64,000 bases of DNA, taken from contig CAZFYL010000002.1 in assembly GCA_964523345.1 (NCBI GenBank), positions 5,373 to 69,372 of the forward strand. The letters run 5' to 3'. Both the position numbers and the translations under genes were made by a program. Source of the DNA: an uncultured Methyloceanibacter sp. (GTDB lineage Bacteria; Pseudomonadota; Alphaproteobacteria; Rhizobiales; Methyloligellaceae). Every line of letters starts with the position of its first letter. Positions within the stretch are counted from its first letter, which is position 1. This document shows positions 20,713 through 30,171 of this stretch, one piece after another. The notes beneath the pieces are model-generated. The model was given only the letters and a program-made list of their open reading frames with translations, searched no databases and was not told where the DNA came from.

Positions 20713-21123
20713 ATGGAGCCCATGGCGGGGTTGGAAATCTCGCCGGCAAAAGTCGGCTTTGTCATTGTAAAATCGCGTGAGATCGCCGCCAAAGTTGCGG
20801 CCTGGGACGATAACGCCTCGTCCGACCACGACGCCGAGTCCATCTTGGAATCGTTCTCAGACGACGCGACGCAAGACGAACTCACGAGCTTCATTCGCGA
20901 CCTCAATGAGGACGAGCAGGCCAGCCTGGTTGCGCTTGCGTGGATTGGCAGAGGCTCGTTCGGCCCGGAAGAGCTCGACGAGGCGCTCACCACGGCGCGC
21001 GCCGAGCGCACCAACCGCACCGAGCAGTATCTTCTCGGAATGCCGCTTTTGCCGGATTATCTCGAAGAGGCGCTCGACCGGCTGGGATACTCCGTCGAGG
21101 ACGCCGAAGACGAGTCGCTTTAG
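20713..21123 (+). CDS. DUF3775 domain-containing protein
   Basis: 136 aa, acidic. ISPAKVGFVIVKSRE..., LTSFIRDLNEDEQASLVALAWIGRG as in DUF3775. Confidence 0.6.
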   Translation: MEPMAGLEISPAKVGFVIVKSREIAAKVAAWDDNASSDHDAESILESFSDDATQDELTSFIRDLNEDEQASLVALAWIGRGSFGPEELDEALTTARAERTNRTEQYLLGMPLLPDYLEEALDRLGYSVEDAEDESL

Positions 21124-21139
21124 CGCCGGGTGCCCGTCC

Positions 21140-21610
21140 TTAGCCCTTTTCCCGCATCAGCCGCCTCTTTTGCCGCTCCCAATCCCGCTTCTTCTCGGTC
21201 TCGCGCTTGTCGTGCAGCTTCTTGCCTTTGGCCAGGCCAAGCTCGACCTTGGCTATTCCGCGCGCGTTAAAATAGAGCTTGAGCGGCACCAGCGTCATGC
21301 CCTGGCGGTGAATGCCGCCGATGAGACGGGCAATTTCGCGGGCGTGCAACAAAAGCTTGCGTGGACGGGTCGGCGCATGGCCGTCGCGGGCAGCGCCCGC
21401 ATATTCGGCGATGTGGGCGTTGACCAGATAGAGCTCACCGCCCTCCTCCGAGGCATACGACTCCGCGATGTTTGCCCTGCCGGCGCGGAGCGACTTGACC
21501 TCGGACCCCTTCAACGCGATCCCGGCTTCGAGCCTTTCCTCAATGTCGTAATTGAAACGCGCCTTACGGTTCTCGGCGACGAGCTTTCGGCTCTCGCGCT
21601 CCGGTGCCAT
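21140..21610 (-). CDS. smpB: SsrA-binding protein
   Basis: 156 aa. [46 protein letters not shown] and a basic C-terminal tail. Confidence 0.95.
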   Translation of the reverse strand: MAPERESRKLVAENRKARFNYDIEERLEAGIALKGSEVKSLRAGRANIAESYASEEGGELYLVNAHIAEYAGAARDGHAPTRPRKLLLHAREIARLIGGIHRQGMTLVPLKLYFNARGIAKVELGLAKGKKLHDKRETEKKRDWERQKRRLMREKG

Positions 21611-21628
21611 GATGCCACCCTACCCGTA

Positions 21629-22528
21629 TCAGACGGCGGCGAGACCGACCGCTGACAATGCCTCATCAACCTTTTTCTGTGATGGGGGCGTAAGCGGGGC
21701 AAGCGGAAGCCGCGTCTCGCTGTTGCATAGGCCGAGCCTGCTTGCCGCGTATTTTACCGGACCGGGATTCGACTCCACAAACAACGCGTCATGCAGCGGC
21801 ATCAATCGATCCTGCAACTGGAGTGCAAGCCGGAAATTGTTGGCGAGACAAGCCAACTGGAACTCGGCGCATAGCGCCGGCGCCACATTGGCGGTGACCG
21901 AGATACAGCCTTGACCGCCATGGGCCATGAAGCCGAGAGCTGTCGCGTCCTCGCCAGACAATTGGATAAAGTCATTGCCGAGCGCGGCGCGTTGCTGACT
22001 GGCGCGCGCCATGTTGGCGGTCGCGTCCTTGACCCCGACGATATTCTTGAGCTTGAACAGCCGCGCCATGGTGTCGACCGACATGTCGATAACGCTGCGC
22101 CCGGGAATGTTGTAGATGACGATGGGAATGTCGGCGCAATCGTTGATCGCCTTGAAATGCAGATAAAGGCCTTCTTGCGTCGGCTTGTTGTAATAGGGCG
22201 TTACCACGAGCACGCCGTCGGCGCCGGCACTCTTGGCATGACGGGTGAGCTCGATCGCCTCGGTGGTTGAATTCGATCCGGTTCCGGCAATGACGGGTAC
22301 GCGCCCCGCGGCCCCCTCGATGCAGAGTTCGACGACGCGCCGGTGCTCGTCATGCGTGAGCGTGGGCGATTCTCCGGTGGTGCCGCAAGGCACGAGCCCG
22401 TGCGTGCCCTGGTCGATCTGCCACTCAACCAGCTTTTGAAAGGCGCGCTCGTCAAGCTTGCCGTCTTTGAACGGGGTGATGAGAGCGGTAATGGAGCCTT
22501 GAAATGGCGGCATTGGCACGCGGGTCAC
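21629..22528 (-). CDS. dapA: 4-hydroxy-tetrahydrodipicolinate synthase
   Basis: 299 aa. [38 protein letters not shown] and the active-site Lys context VGVKDAT. Confidence 0.95.
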   Translation of the reverse strand: MTRVPMPPFQGSITALITPFKDGKLDERAFQKLVEWQIDQGTHGLVPCGTTGESPTLTHDEHRRVVELCIEGAAGRVPVIAGTGSNSTTEAIELTRHAKSAGADGVLVVTPYYNKPTQEGLYLHFKAINDCADIPIVIYNIPGRSVIDMSVDTMARLFKLKNIVGVKDATANMARASQQRAALGNDFIQLSGEDATALGFMAHGGQGCISVTANVAPALCAEFQLACLANNFRLALQLQDRLMPLHDALFVESNPGPVKYAASRLGLCNSETRLPLAPLTPPSQKKVDEALSAVGLAAV

Positions 22529-22897
22529 TCCTGACAGTTTTCCCGGTTGGTTGGCAAAAGACGGAGGGGTAGGCGGACAATGGCGGACAATAGGGTCTGG
22601 CCGTTATGGCGGCAAGGCACCGGGGGCGGTGGTTTGGCCCTTGCGGCAATCACCGGCGGCGGCACAACGCATGGTATACATTCGGAAGTAAAAATACATT
22701 TGTTTCAATCTATTATACTTATCTCTTAAGCCTGTTTGACGCTTGGGGGGCCAATCCGTTCAGACATTTTTCCGCCGGATTCTTTCAGACATTGTTCAAT
22801 TCAGGCAGAGTACAGTGCCGTCTTCGTCGCGGCTCCCCGGCTCGGGGGACGTCCTGACCCGCGTAACCAGGATCGTAACCGGTAACCGACCGACGAG

Positions 22898-25420
22898 ATG
22901 AAACGCATTCTCGCGCAGATATTGCCATTGCTTATCTTCGTTGCGTGCCTCGCATCCGTTGCGGCAGGCCCTGCACGCACGGCCCCAGCCAACAAGACAG
23001 ACGCCACACCGGGATTGCCCGACCGCAATCCGCTTAGGGCGACTGCGTCTCAATCCTCGGCGTCAGAGGGCCAGGAGACGGCGGACGCTTCGACCACACC
23101 TCCTCCGGCATCAGAGGCGGCAGCGGAGTCTGTCTCTGAGACTGCGGCGGGAATTGAGGGAGCAGAGGTTCTCCCCGCCGCAGAGCAAAGCGCACCGGCA
23201 ACGCCGACGCCGTCGGCTTCCGATGCCGGTCCGATGGCTGCGGTGTCCGAGGTCTCTCTCCCCAGCCGCAATCCCAAGTCGCCGTCGATGCTCGGCCTGC
23301 CATCGGCGCCGATTCCCGATCCAGCTGCGTCGCAACTTGTCACCGGCATGCCGGTTCCCAAGGCCAATCCCGTTCGCACCGGAGCGCTGGAGCTGCCGCC
23401 AGATCCGGACGCACCGGCAATGGACTATGCGTCGATCTTGAAGCCAATCCTGTCCTACGACTTAAGCGCGTCCGATCAGACCAATATCAAACGCATACGA
23501 GGCTCTGACTTTTCTGCCGCCAAGCGGATCAAGGATCCGGCCGCGCGGGACTTTGCGCTTTGGTACCGGTACCGGCACGGCAAGGCGAACGGAGACGCCG
23601 AAGCGATCGAGGAATTCCGGGCTTCGCATCCCGATTGGCCGGCACTGGACACGCTGCGTGAGAAAGCTGAGGCCGCGCTGTTCCTCACCGACGCCGGCAC
23701 CGAAAAGGTCAAGGCTTTCTTCAGCACCTCGAAGCCGCAGACCGGCGCGGGCAAGGCTGCGCTCGCTGCCGTTTATGTGAAAGACGGCAACGAGGCCAGG
23801 GCACGCGAGCTCGTCATTTCAGCCTGGCGCGATCATGAGCTGAACTCGGAGATCGAAAAGAAAATTCTCGACCGTTACGGCAAATGGCTCACCGCCGAAC
23901 ATCATCGCGCCCGCATAGACCGGCTGCTTTATCCCGACGAGAAAGGCGCGATCGCCGCCGCGAAGCGGGTATCCAAGCTACTTCCTGCCGATGAACAGAA
24001 AAAGGTCGCGGCACGCATCGCCGTCGTCCAACGGGGCGGCAATGCCGGGAAGCTGTTAGACGCCCTGCCAAAGGATGCCGTCAAGGCCGATGTCGGCTTG
24101 CGCTTCAACCGCATCCAGTGGCTGAGGCGGACCATGAAAAAGGACCGGCGCGAGGAAGCCTGGACTCTGCTGATGGATGCGCCGAGCGAGCCAAGTGTCT
24201 TGCTCGATCTCAGCAATTGGTGGATCGAGCGGCGCGTGAGTTGTCGCGGGGCGCTCAATGACCGGAAATACAAGTACGCCTACGAGATTGCCGCCGAGCA
24301 TGGCTTGGTATCCGGCGACAGCTTCATCGAAGCGGAATTCCTGGCCGGCTGGATCGCTCTGCGGTACCTCTCCGATCCCGACACCGCTTTGCTCCATTTT
24401 TCATCCTTGCGCCGCGCTGCTACGAGTTCGAGGAATATCGCGCTCGGCGAATATTGGCTCGGCCGCACCGCGCTTGCCCTTGGCGACAGGGCCACGGCGA
24501 TGGTCAACTTCCACAACGCCGCCAAGTATCCTCAGTATTTTTATGGACAACTCGCCAGGCAGTCGCTCGATTCCAAACCCGCATATCTCAAGATCACGAG
24601 CACGCCGCTGCCGACTGAGGCTGACATTCAGCGTTTCCTGGCCCGGGACGGGGTCCGCGCCATCGGGGTTGCCCGTGCAGTTGGTTTAGACTGGGTCACG
24701 CCGCAGTTTTTCCTGCAGCTGTCGCGCACCCTTACCAACCCAGCCGAGGTCGTGCTCCTCGCCGAGCTTGCTAAGGCCTCCGATCATTCGCAGATCGGGC
24801 TCAGACTTTCGAAGATCGCTTTCAATCGGGATCTCCCCCTTGGGGACTATGCGCTGCCGGTCGGCGGCATACCCAAATTTCAAAGCCTGCTGACCGACCG
24901 CGTCGATCTCGCGCTGGTGCACGCTTTGTCCCGCCAGGAAAGCGAGTTCAACGCCGCGGCCAAGAGCCCGGTTGGGGCGCGCGGCTTGATGCAGTTGATG
25001 CCGGCCACCGCCAAAGCCGTGGCCAGGGCCTATAAGGTGAAATACAGCACAGACCGGTTGACCAACGCCGCCTATAACACGCAGCTTGGCGAGGCCTTTC
25101 TGCGCGACCTCATCGACAGCTACAACGGATCCTTTTTCATGGCGCTTGCGGCCTATAACGCCGGTGGCGGGCGTGTTGCCGAATGGATTGAGCTGTTCGG
25201 TGACCCGCGCGACCCCGACGTCGATCCGATCGACTGGATCGAACGCATTCCATTCACCGAAACGCGGCGCTATGTGATGAAGATCATGGAAACGCTGCAA
25301 CTCTACCGCTCCCGGCTGAACGGGCCGGAAGGGGCATTGCAGATCGTTCAGGATCTCAATCGCGGCCGCAGGGTTCCTGACCACCAGGCGGTAGCGGGCG
25401 TGCTGCCCAAGTCGGAGTAA
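22898..25420 (+). CDS. slt: Soluble lytic murein transglycosylase (Slt70-like) with a long low-complexity N-terminal extension
   Basis: 840 aa. Signal peptide, about 200 aa of Pro/Ala/Ser/Glu-rich sequence, a superhelical repeat region, and a C-terminal SLT catalytic domain (ALVHALSRQESEFNAAAKSPVGARGLMQLMPATA...AYNAG). Confidence 0.85.
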   Translation: MKRILAQILPLLIFVACLASVAAGPARTAPANKTDATPGLPDRNPLRATASQSSASEGQETADASTTPPPASEAAAESVSETAAGIEGAEVLPAAEQSAPATPTPSASDAGPMAAVSEVSLPSRNPKSPSMLGLPSAPIPDPAASQLVTGMPVPKANPVRTGALELPPDPDAPAMDYASILKPILSYDLSASDQTNIKRIRGSDFSAAKRIKDPAARDFALWYRYRHGKANGDAEAIEEFRASHPDWPALDTLREKAEAALFLTDAGTEKVKAFFSTSKPQTGAGKAALAAVYVKDGNEARARELVISAWRDHELNSEIEKKILDRYGKWLTAEHHRARIDRLLYPDEKGAIAAAKRVSKLLPADEQKKVAARIAVVQRGGNAGKLLDALPKDAVKADVGLRFNRIQWLRRTMKKDRREEAWTLLMDAPSEPSVLLDLSNWWIERRVSCRGALNDRKYKYAYEIAAEHGLVSGDSFIEAEFLAGWIALRYLSDPDTALLHFSSLRRAATSSRNIALGEYWLGRTALALGDRATAMVNFHNAAKYPQYFYGQLARQSLDSKPAYLKITSTPLPTEADIQRFLARDGVRAIGVARAVGLDWVTPQFFLQLSRTLTNPAEVVLLAELAKASDHSQIGLRLSKIAFNRDLPLGDYALPVGGIPKFQSLLTDRVDLALVHALSRQESEFNAAAKSPVGARGLMQLMPATAKAVARAYKVKYSTDRLTNAAYNTQLGEAFLRDLIDSYNGSFFMALAAYNAGGGRVAEWIELFGDPRDPDVDPIDWIERIPFTETRRYVMKIMETLQLYRSRLNGPEGALQIVQDLNRGRRVPDHQAVAGVLPKSE

Positions 25421-25543
25421 GAAAGCGGCCTCGCCTGCTCGCTTGTTGGACTTGCTCCCGTGACGACTTTGCTGAACATTGAAGGCGCGGTGCCGGCAGC
25501 AGCCGGCCGATCAGTCTAGACGCTCTCAAGGTCGACCCCCAAT

Positions 25544-26431
25544 ATGCCCGAGCGTGACAGCGAGCTGTGGCGGGATATCTACTATGCGTCGTTCGACGAC
25601 CTTAGGCTTCATGTCCGTCACTACCCTGCACCGGACACGAGGCTCCGGGCTATCGTTTGCCTTCCCGGACTGACCCGCAACAGCAAAGACTTCCATAGGC
25701 TTGCCGCCCATCTTTCGCAGCATCCGGAAAAGCCGCGCCATGTCTATTGCGTCGATTATCGCGGGCGCGGACGCTCGCAATACGATCGGCATTGGCGCAA
25801 CTACACGCCGTTCATCGAGCTGCTCGATGTTCTCGACTTCTTGACGGCCTACGGCCTGCATGAGACCGGCATCGTCGGGACGTCCCGGGGCGGGATCATC
25901 GCCATGCTGATGGCGGCGGTCAAACCAACGGCCATGGGACCGGTCGTCCTCAACGATATTGGGCCGGTGATAGAGACGCGCGGCATGGCACGTATCATCG
26001 GTTATGTCGGACGCATGCCGGTCCCAAAAACCTGGCAAGCTGCCGTCGCGCTTCTCCGCGGCATGAATGAGCGTGCCTTCCCTGCATTCACCGATGCGCA
26101 GTGGGAGGAGATCGCCAGGGACCTGTTTGACGAACGTAAGGGCCGGCCGGCCCGGGCCTTCGATCGCAGGCTTGCCAGGACCCTCGGCAAGATCGATCTA
26201 AGCCGTCCGGTCCCGGATCTGTGGCCGCAATTCATTGCTCTTAGTCAGATGCCCACCTTCGTCTTGCGGGGGGCGAATTCAGACGTGCTGAGCGCCGAGA
26301 CGTTAGAGACCATGATCGAATGTCATCCCAACCTCCGCGCCATGACGGTGCCTGACCAAGGTCATGCACCTATTCTGAAAGAGCCGGAGACGGTCGACGC
26401 GATTGGATCCTTTTTCGCCGCTAACGATTGA
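25544..26431 (+). CDS. Alpha/beta hydrolase fold protein
   Basis: 295 aa. LPGLTRNSKDF, nucleophile elbow GTSRGG, C-terminal DQGHAP. Confidence 0.8.
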   Translation: MPERDSELWRDIYYASFDDLRLHVRHYPAPDTRLRAIVCLPGLTRNSKDFHRLAAHLSQHPEKPRHVYCVDYRGRGRSQYDRHWRNYTPFIELLDVLDFLTAYGLHETGIVGTSRGGIIAMLMAAVKPTAMGPVVLNDIGPVIETRGMARIIGYVGRMPVPKTWQAAVALLRGMNERAFPAFTDAQWEEIARDLFDERKGRPARAFDRRLARTLGKIDLSRPVPDLWPQFIALSQMPTFVLRGANSDVLSAETLETMIECHPNLRAMTVPDQGHAPILKEPETVDAIGSFFAAND

Positions 26432-26480
26432 TGTCGTTAGGAGGCGCAGCCGTTCGCGGGCATGCGAGGCGTGGGCGCGG

Positions 26481-27497
26481 TTATTCGGCCGGAGAAAGCA
26501 GATCCGATAGCGGGACCAACGGCCACGAACCGTTGGCTTCGGTGACGTGCGGCGGCATTCGCCCGGCGATGTCGCGCGAGGTCGAAGCCTGCTTCCAGGT
26601 GATACTCTCGGACGTTGAGAACAAGGCCGGCAAATCGCGGCGGAGCTGGTAAGAAACCGCCACCGCCGACCCTTCGTCCGGCGCCACGCCTTCGATCGTC
26701 ACCGCGAGCCCCGATAAAGCGACCTTCCCCGAGTCGAGCCCGCTCAGAGCCCGCAGCGCCGCGACCACCGCCTCATCCCAGCCCTGCGGCGCCCCGGAAG
26801 CGAGTTCAAGCCGGTCCTTCAAGCCGGGCCGGCGGAACAATTGCCGCGAAAGCTCGCGCAGTTGCTTGCGCGCGTCCTCGCTCGGCACGCTGCCCGACAA
26901 GCTCAAGGTGTTGGCACCAAGATCGGCGACGAACGTGAATGGATCGGCGAAGGGAGGCTTGACGGTCTGCTTGGCAACCGTGACGCCGGCCGGCAACGGT
27001 CCGGAAAGCGCCTTGGCAATTTCAGCATAGTCGGTGGCACTGAGCGCCTCGCCGTCGACCTTGAGGGTAAAATCGTTCAATCGCGCCGAGCCGCGCTTCA
27101 AATGCGACAGTTGCTTGAGCGCGAAGCTTACCGCGCCGAGCCATCGATCCTGCGGCGGTCCACCCCTCGTCACCTTGAGCCGGTCATCGACTTCGAGGTC
27201 CGGAAAATGTGCCTTGACCATGCCAAGGACAGTGCGGCGATCCTTGCCGGATGGAACTGCGCCGCGCAGGCGTATACCGGAGTCGAGGCGCGTCGCCGAC
27301 CAGACATAGCCCTGAGCCTGCTTTGAGTTCTCTGCAACGAGCACCGGCCCCATAACGGGCAACGACCGGTCGAGCCGCGCGGACGCGGAGGTCAGCCACG
27401 GTGCTGCCTCGGTGAGCGCAGGCGCACCGGAGACTCCAGCGAGCGCAAAAAAGACCGCCGCGCAAAGCGACAACACTCCCGGCCAACGTCCCGTCAT
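26481..27497 (-). CDS. Hypothetical exported protein with two BON-like repeat modules
   Basis: Start re-assigned to the ATG at 27497 (MTGRWPGVLSLCAAVFFALAGVSGAPA, a signal peptide). Internal duplication: IRLRGAVPSGKDRRTVL..DDRLKV..GGPP versus LSLSGSVPSEDARKQL..KDRLEL..GAPQ. Confidence 0.6.
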   Translation of the reverse strand: MTGRWPGVLSLCAAVFFALAGVSGAPALTEAAPWLTSASARLDRSLPVMGPVLVAENSKQAQGYVWSATRLDSGIRLRGAVPSGKDRRTVLGMVKAHFPDLEVDDRLKVTRGGPPQDRWLGAVSFALKQLSHLKRGSARLNDFTLKVDGEALSATDYAEIAKALSGPLPAGVTVAKQTVKPPFADPFTFVADLGANTLSLSGSVPSEDARKQLRELSRQLFRRPGLKDRLELASGAPQGWDEAVVAALRALSGLDSGKVALSGLAVTIEGVAPDEGSAVAVSYQLRRDLPALFSTSESITWKQASTSRDIAGRMPPHVTEANGSWPLVPLSDLLSPAE

Positions 27498-27745
27498 GGA
27501 ATCCCTATCCCGCATGACTTGGCACAACTTTTTGCATCTACCTGATTCGGTCACACTCAGAGGCCGGTATCGTGCGAGCAATCCTCGCAGTCTTGAGCGT
27601 GAACACACGAAGTATAAGCCATTGATACGAAGCATTCCAGGCGGGTTCGGCAATTTGCCACGGCGCCATTCGGTGACCTACGGCCCAAACGCGCCCCAAG
27701 GCACGTTGGCCGCACATGAGAGCCCGCTTGTACCTTCGATGAACG

Positions 27746-27892
27746 CTAGTGAAACTGACCGGCGAGACCGGTAATACCGGTCACAAGGAGATAGATCGCC
27801 ACCACATAATTGAGCAGGCGCGGCATCAGCAGGATGAGAATTCCGGCGATCAAGGCCACCCATGGATTGATCAGGACCAGGTCAATGTTCAT
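27746..27892 (-). CDS. DUF3096 domain-containing small membrane protein
   Basis: Start re-assigned to the ATG at 27892: MNIDLVLINPWVALIAGILILLMPRLLNYVVAIYLLVTGITGLAGQFH (48 aa, two TM segments), the typical DUF3096 pattern. Confidence 0.55.
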   Translation of the reverse strand: MNIDLVLINPWVALIAGILILLMPRLLNYVVAIYLLVTGITGLAGQFH

Positions 27893-28154
27893 CGTTCTTC
27901 CCCGTGAGATGGGCTTAGAGCCCTGATTCGGCTGATTGGATGATGCCAAGCATAAGCCATCGGCGGCGGCTTGTCCTTCAGGTAATAGGGAATTGAAGGC
28001 TTAGTGATCCTTCGTCATAGCCCTTCTTCTATCTCGCCAGAAAAAGCATATATCCCGTCTTGTGTTTGCCCTTTTTGGCGACAAAGGGTAGTTCACCTGC
28101 CGGTCGCAGGGGCGGGAAGAAAGCGCGACGCGGGGAGCGGGGGCTGACAGCAGC

Positions 28155-28868
28155 ATGATCGTAGACGAACCCGGCTTTTGGCTCGCTGTCCTTCAGATCA
28201 TCTGGATCGATATTCTGTTATCCGGCGACAACGCCGTCGTGATTGCGCTTGCTTGCCGCAAGCTCCCTCCCCAGCAGCGTGTCTGGGGCGTCGCACTGGG
28301 AACGGTAGTTGCCATCACTTTGCGCGTCATCTTTGCCGGACTGGTGACTACGCTGATGAAAGTCGCCTATCTCAAGCTTGCCGGCGGTCTTCTTCTGCTG
28401 TGGATCGCAGTGAAGCTGCTCGGCCCCGAAGACAATGGCAAGTGCAATGAGGTCCAGGCGGTCGATAAGCTGTGGCGCGCCGTCAGGATCGTTGCCATCG
28501 CCGACGTGGTGATGAGTCTGGACAACGTCATCGCGATTGCCGCCGTCGCTGACCGGTTCGAAGCCCCGCATAACTATGCCCTTCTGATGTTCGGTCTCGC
28601 CGTCAGCATCCCGCTGATCATGGCCGGTGCCGCCATTGTCTTGGCCCTTCTGGAGCGCTTCCCCGTCGTGGTCTGGGCCGGCGCCGCGCTCCTCGGTTGG
28701 ATCGCCGGCGAGATCATCGCTAAGGATCCGGTGTTCGTCTCAGGACTCGAACCGGCCGCGGCGCATACAATCGCAATGATCGGTGCGACGTTGGGCGCGC
28801 TGTTCGTCGTCGCCGCCGGTCTGGTACGCCGGCGCTGGTTGAGGCGGAGCGCGCCTGACGAGGTCTAG
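28155..28868 (+). CDS. TerC/YjbE family integral membrane protein
   Basis: 237 aa. ILLSGDNAVVIALA and VVMSLDNVIAIAAVA are the duplicated TerC-family DN motifs. Multiple TM segments. Confidence 0.8.
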   Translation: MIVDEPGFWLAVLQIIWIDILLSGDNAVVIALACRKLPPQQRVWGVALGTVVAITLRVIFAGLVTTLMKVAYLKLAGGLLLLWIAVKLLGPEDNGKCNEVQAVDKLWRAVRIVAIADVVMSLDNVIAIAAVADRFEAPHNYALLMFGLAVSIPLIMAGAAIVLALLERFPVVVWAGAALLGWIAGEIIAKDPVFVSGLEPAAAHTIAMIGATLGALFVVAAGLVRRRWLRRSAPDEV

Positions 28869-28941
28869 CCGCCGCAAGGCGCCGGTGGCCGGTGGCGGGA
28901 CGCGCTAACTGACGAGCCTCGTCCGCCCGTTCATCGGCCCA

Positions 28942-29187
28942 TCAATATCTGTTGCGGTTTGTACCGCTCGTCGGCGGCGGCGTTCCAGCCGTCCAGTTGG
29001 CGATGCAATTGGTAATGTAGGCCTCTTTTTCCCTGGCACTGAGCCTTGGCAAAACCCTATTGGCTGCTCGCCAACACGCATCTTCCACCCATCGCGGGGC
29101 GGCGAATGTCGGCGAAGCGGCAAGTACGACACCGGCGAGAAATATCGGCACAGGTTTCATGGTCATCGCACACCTTCCTTTCGTCAA
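28942..29187 (-). CDS. Hypothetical small secreted protein
   Basis: 81-aa ORF. Probable internal start MTMKPVPIFLAGVVLAASPTFAAP (signal peptide). Cys-containing mature part. No family recognised. Confidence 0.45.
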   Translation of the reverse strand: MTKGRCAMTMKPVPIFLAGVVLAASPTFAAPRWVEDACWRAANRVLPRLSAREKEAYITNCIANWTAGTPPPTSGTNRNRY

Positions 29188-29258
29188 AAACCGACACCCC
29201 CGGGGACGCGCCGCAATGGCCAGCGCGACAATACTATGCTGAGCCTGCGGGGCAAAAT

Positions 29259-29561
29259 TTACAAGCCGCCTCCGTCATCCCAATAGCGGAGAAAAACGTA
29301 GAGAAAGTAGAGGCACCAACCAATCGCAAACAAGATCACCGCCATTACGGCTCCGATCGCGGCCATGACAATCGCGGCGATGATGTTTCCGCCTGCCAAG
29401 GTTGGAAACAGCAGGACAGCGAATAGCGCCCCGACAATACCGAAAAAGATACTGAACAGCCAAAAAGGCCACTCCTCGAAGAGGAGCAGCCAACTATCCT
29501 TATCTAACCAACCAATAAGGGGATCGACGGCCAGGGCCACGAATAGAACCCAAATGTCCAT
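29259..29561 (-). CDS. Hypothetical small membrane protein
   Basis: Start re-assigned to the ATG at 29561 (MDIWVLFVALAVDPLIGW...). 100 aa with three hydrophobic segments. Visibly lower GC than neighbouring core genes. Confidence 0.5.
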   Translation of the reverse strand: MDIWVLFVALAVDPLIGWLDKDSWLLLFEEWPFWLFSIFFGIVGALFAVLLFPTLAGGNIIAAIVMAAIGAVMAVILFAIGWCLYFLYVFLRYWDDGGGL

Positions 29562-29791
29562 CGTATTAGCTTTGCAGACCAGCGGCGTTTTGATGTGGGA
29601 ATTATCACAGTCCCGACGAACCCCAAGCTGTATCCTCGCGGCGCGGGGAGAAGCGGCTTCACGCATCCGGCCAAGCTCTCACCTAGACTGCGCAGCGCAA
29701 CACGGGCAACGAGGGCGCCGCGGCTTGCAATTCGTTGCGGTTTCGACTTTGTTGCCTTTACCCAGCACCTCAGCAGCTGAGTTGATTGCAT

Positions 29792-29881
29792 GGATGGGTG
29801 GCCGAGTGGTTGAAGGCACCGGTCTTGAAAACCGGCAGGCGTGCAAGCGTCTCGAGGGTTCGAATCCCTCCCCATCCGCCA
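29792..29881 (+). tRNA. tRNA-Ser (anticodon UGA)
   Basis: GGATGGG acceptor pairs with CCCATCC, followed by discriminator G and an encoded CCA. Anticodon stem CCGGT/ACCGG with loop CTTGAAA (UGA). Long variable arm (class II). T-loop GGTTCGAATCC. Confidence 0.95.
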
Positions 29882-29915
29882 CTGTCATTTCGAGAGGTTA
29901 GCGTCCGGCCGGCCC

Positions 29916-30047
29916 TCACCAATGGCCGCCAAGCGCCAGGGGACGCCGCCTTTGGTTTCGAAAGGCTTTGGCAACCGCGATGGCGGCGACCGCGACATGG
30001 CCGGCAAGCACGGCACACAGGATCCAGAATAGGGCGTAGAAGCTCAT
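29916..30047 (-). CDS. Possible 43-aa hydrophobic small protein
   Basis: Below the track's size cutoff. My translation: MSFYALFWILCAVLAGHVAVAAIAVAKAFRNQRRRPLALGGHW. AGGGGGA lies 5-6 nt upstream of the ATG (30047). Confidence 0.3.
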   Translation of the reverse strand: MSFYALFWILCAVLAGHVAVAAIAVAKAFRNQRRRPLALGGHW

Positions 30048-30171
30048 GAAGTCCCCCTGTTCAGCGAGCCCCCAGCCCGATGACGTTTGCTAAACTGCGG
30101 CCGGGCCCTCTTGGTTCCGGGGCACGGCGGGCCGTCCTCGAAAGGCTGGAGCCCGCAATGGGGGGTAAGAC

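Noticed and set aside
27950-28154. Possible yybP-ykoY (Mn2+) riboswitch in the 5' leader of the TerC-family gene
   Set aside because: TerC genes are often riboswitch-controlled, and AAAGGGTAGTT and CTGACAGC faintly resemble the conserved GGGGAGUAG and UUGACA elements. However, I could not draw the closing P1 helix or a four-way junction, and the spacing is wrong. An Infernal scan with RF00080 is needed to settle it.
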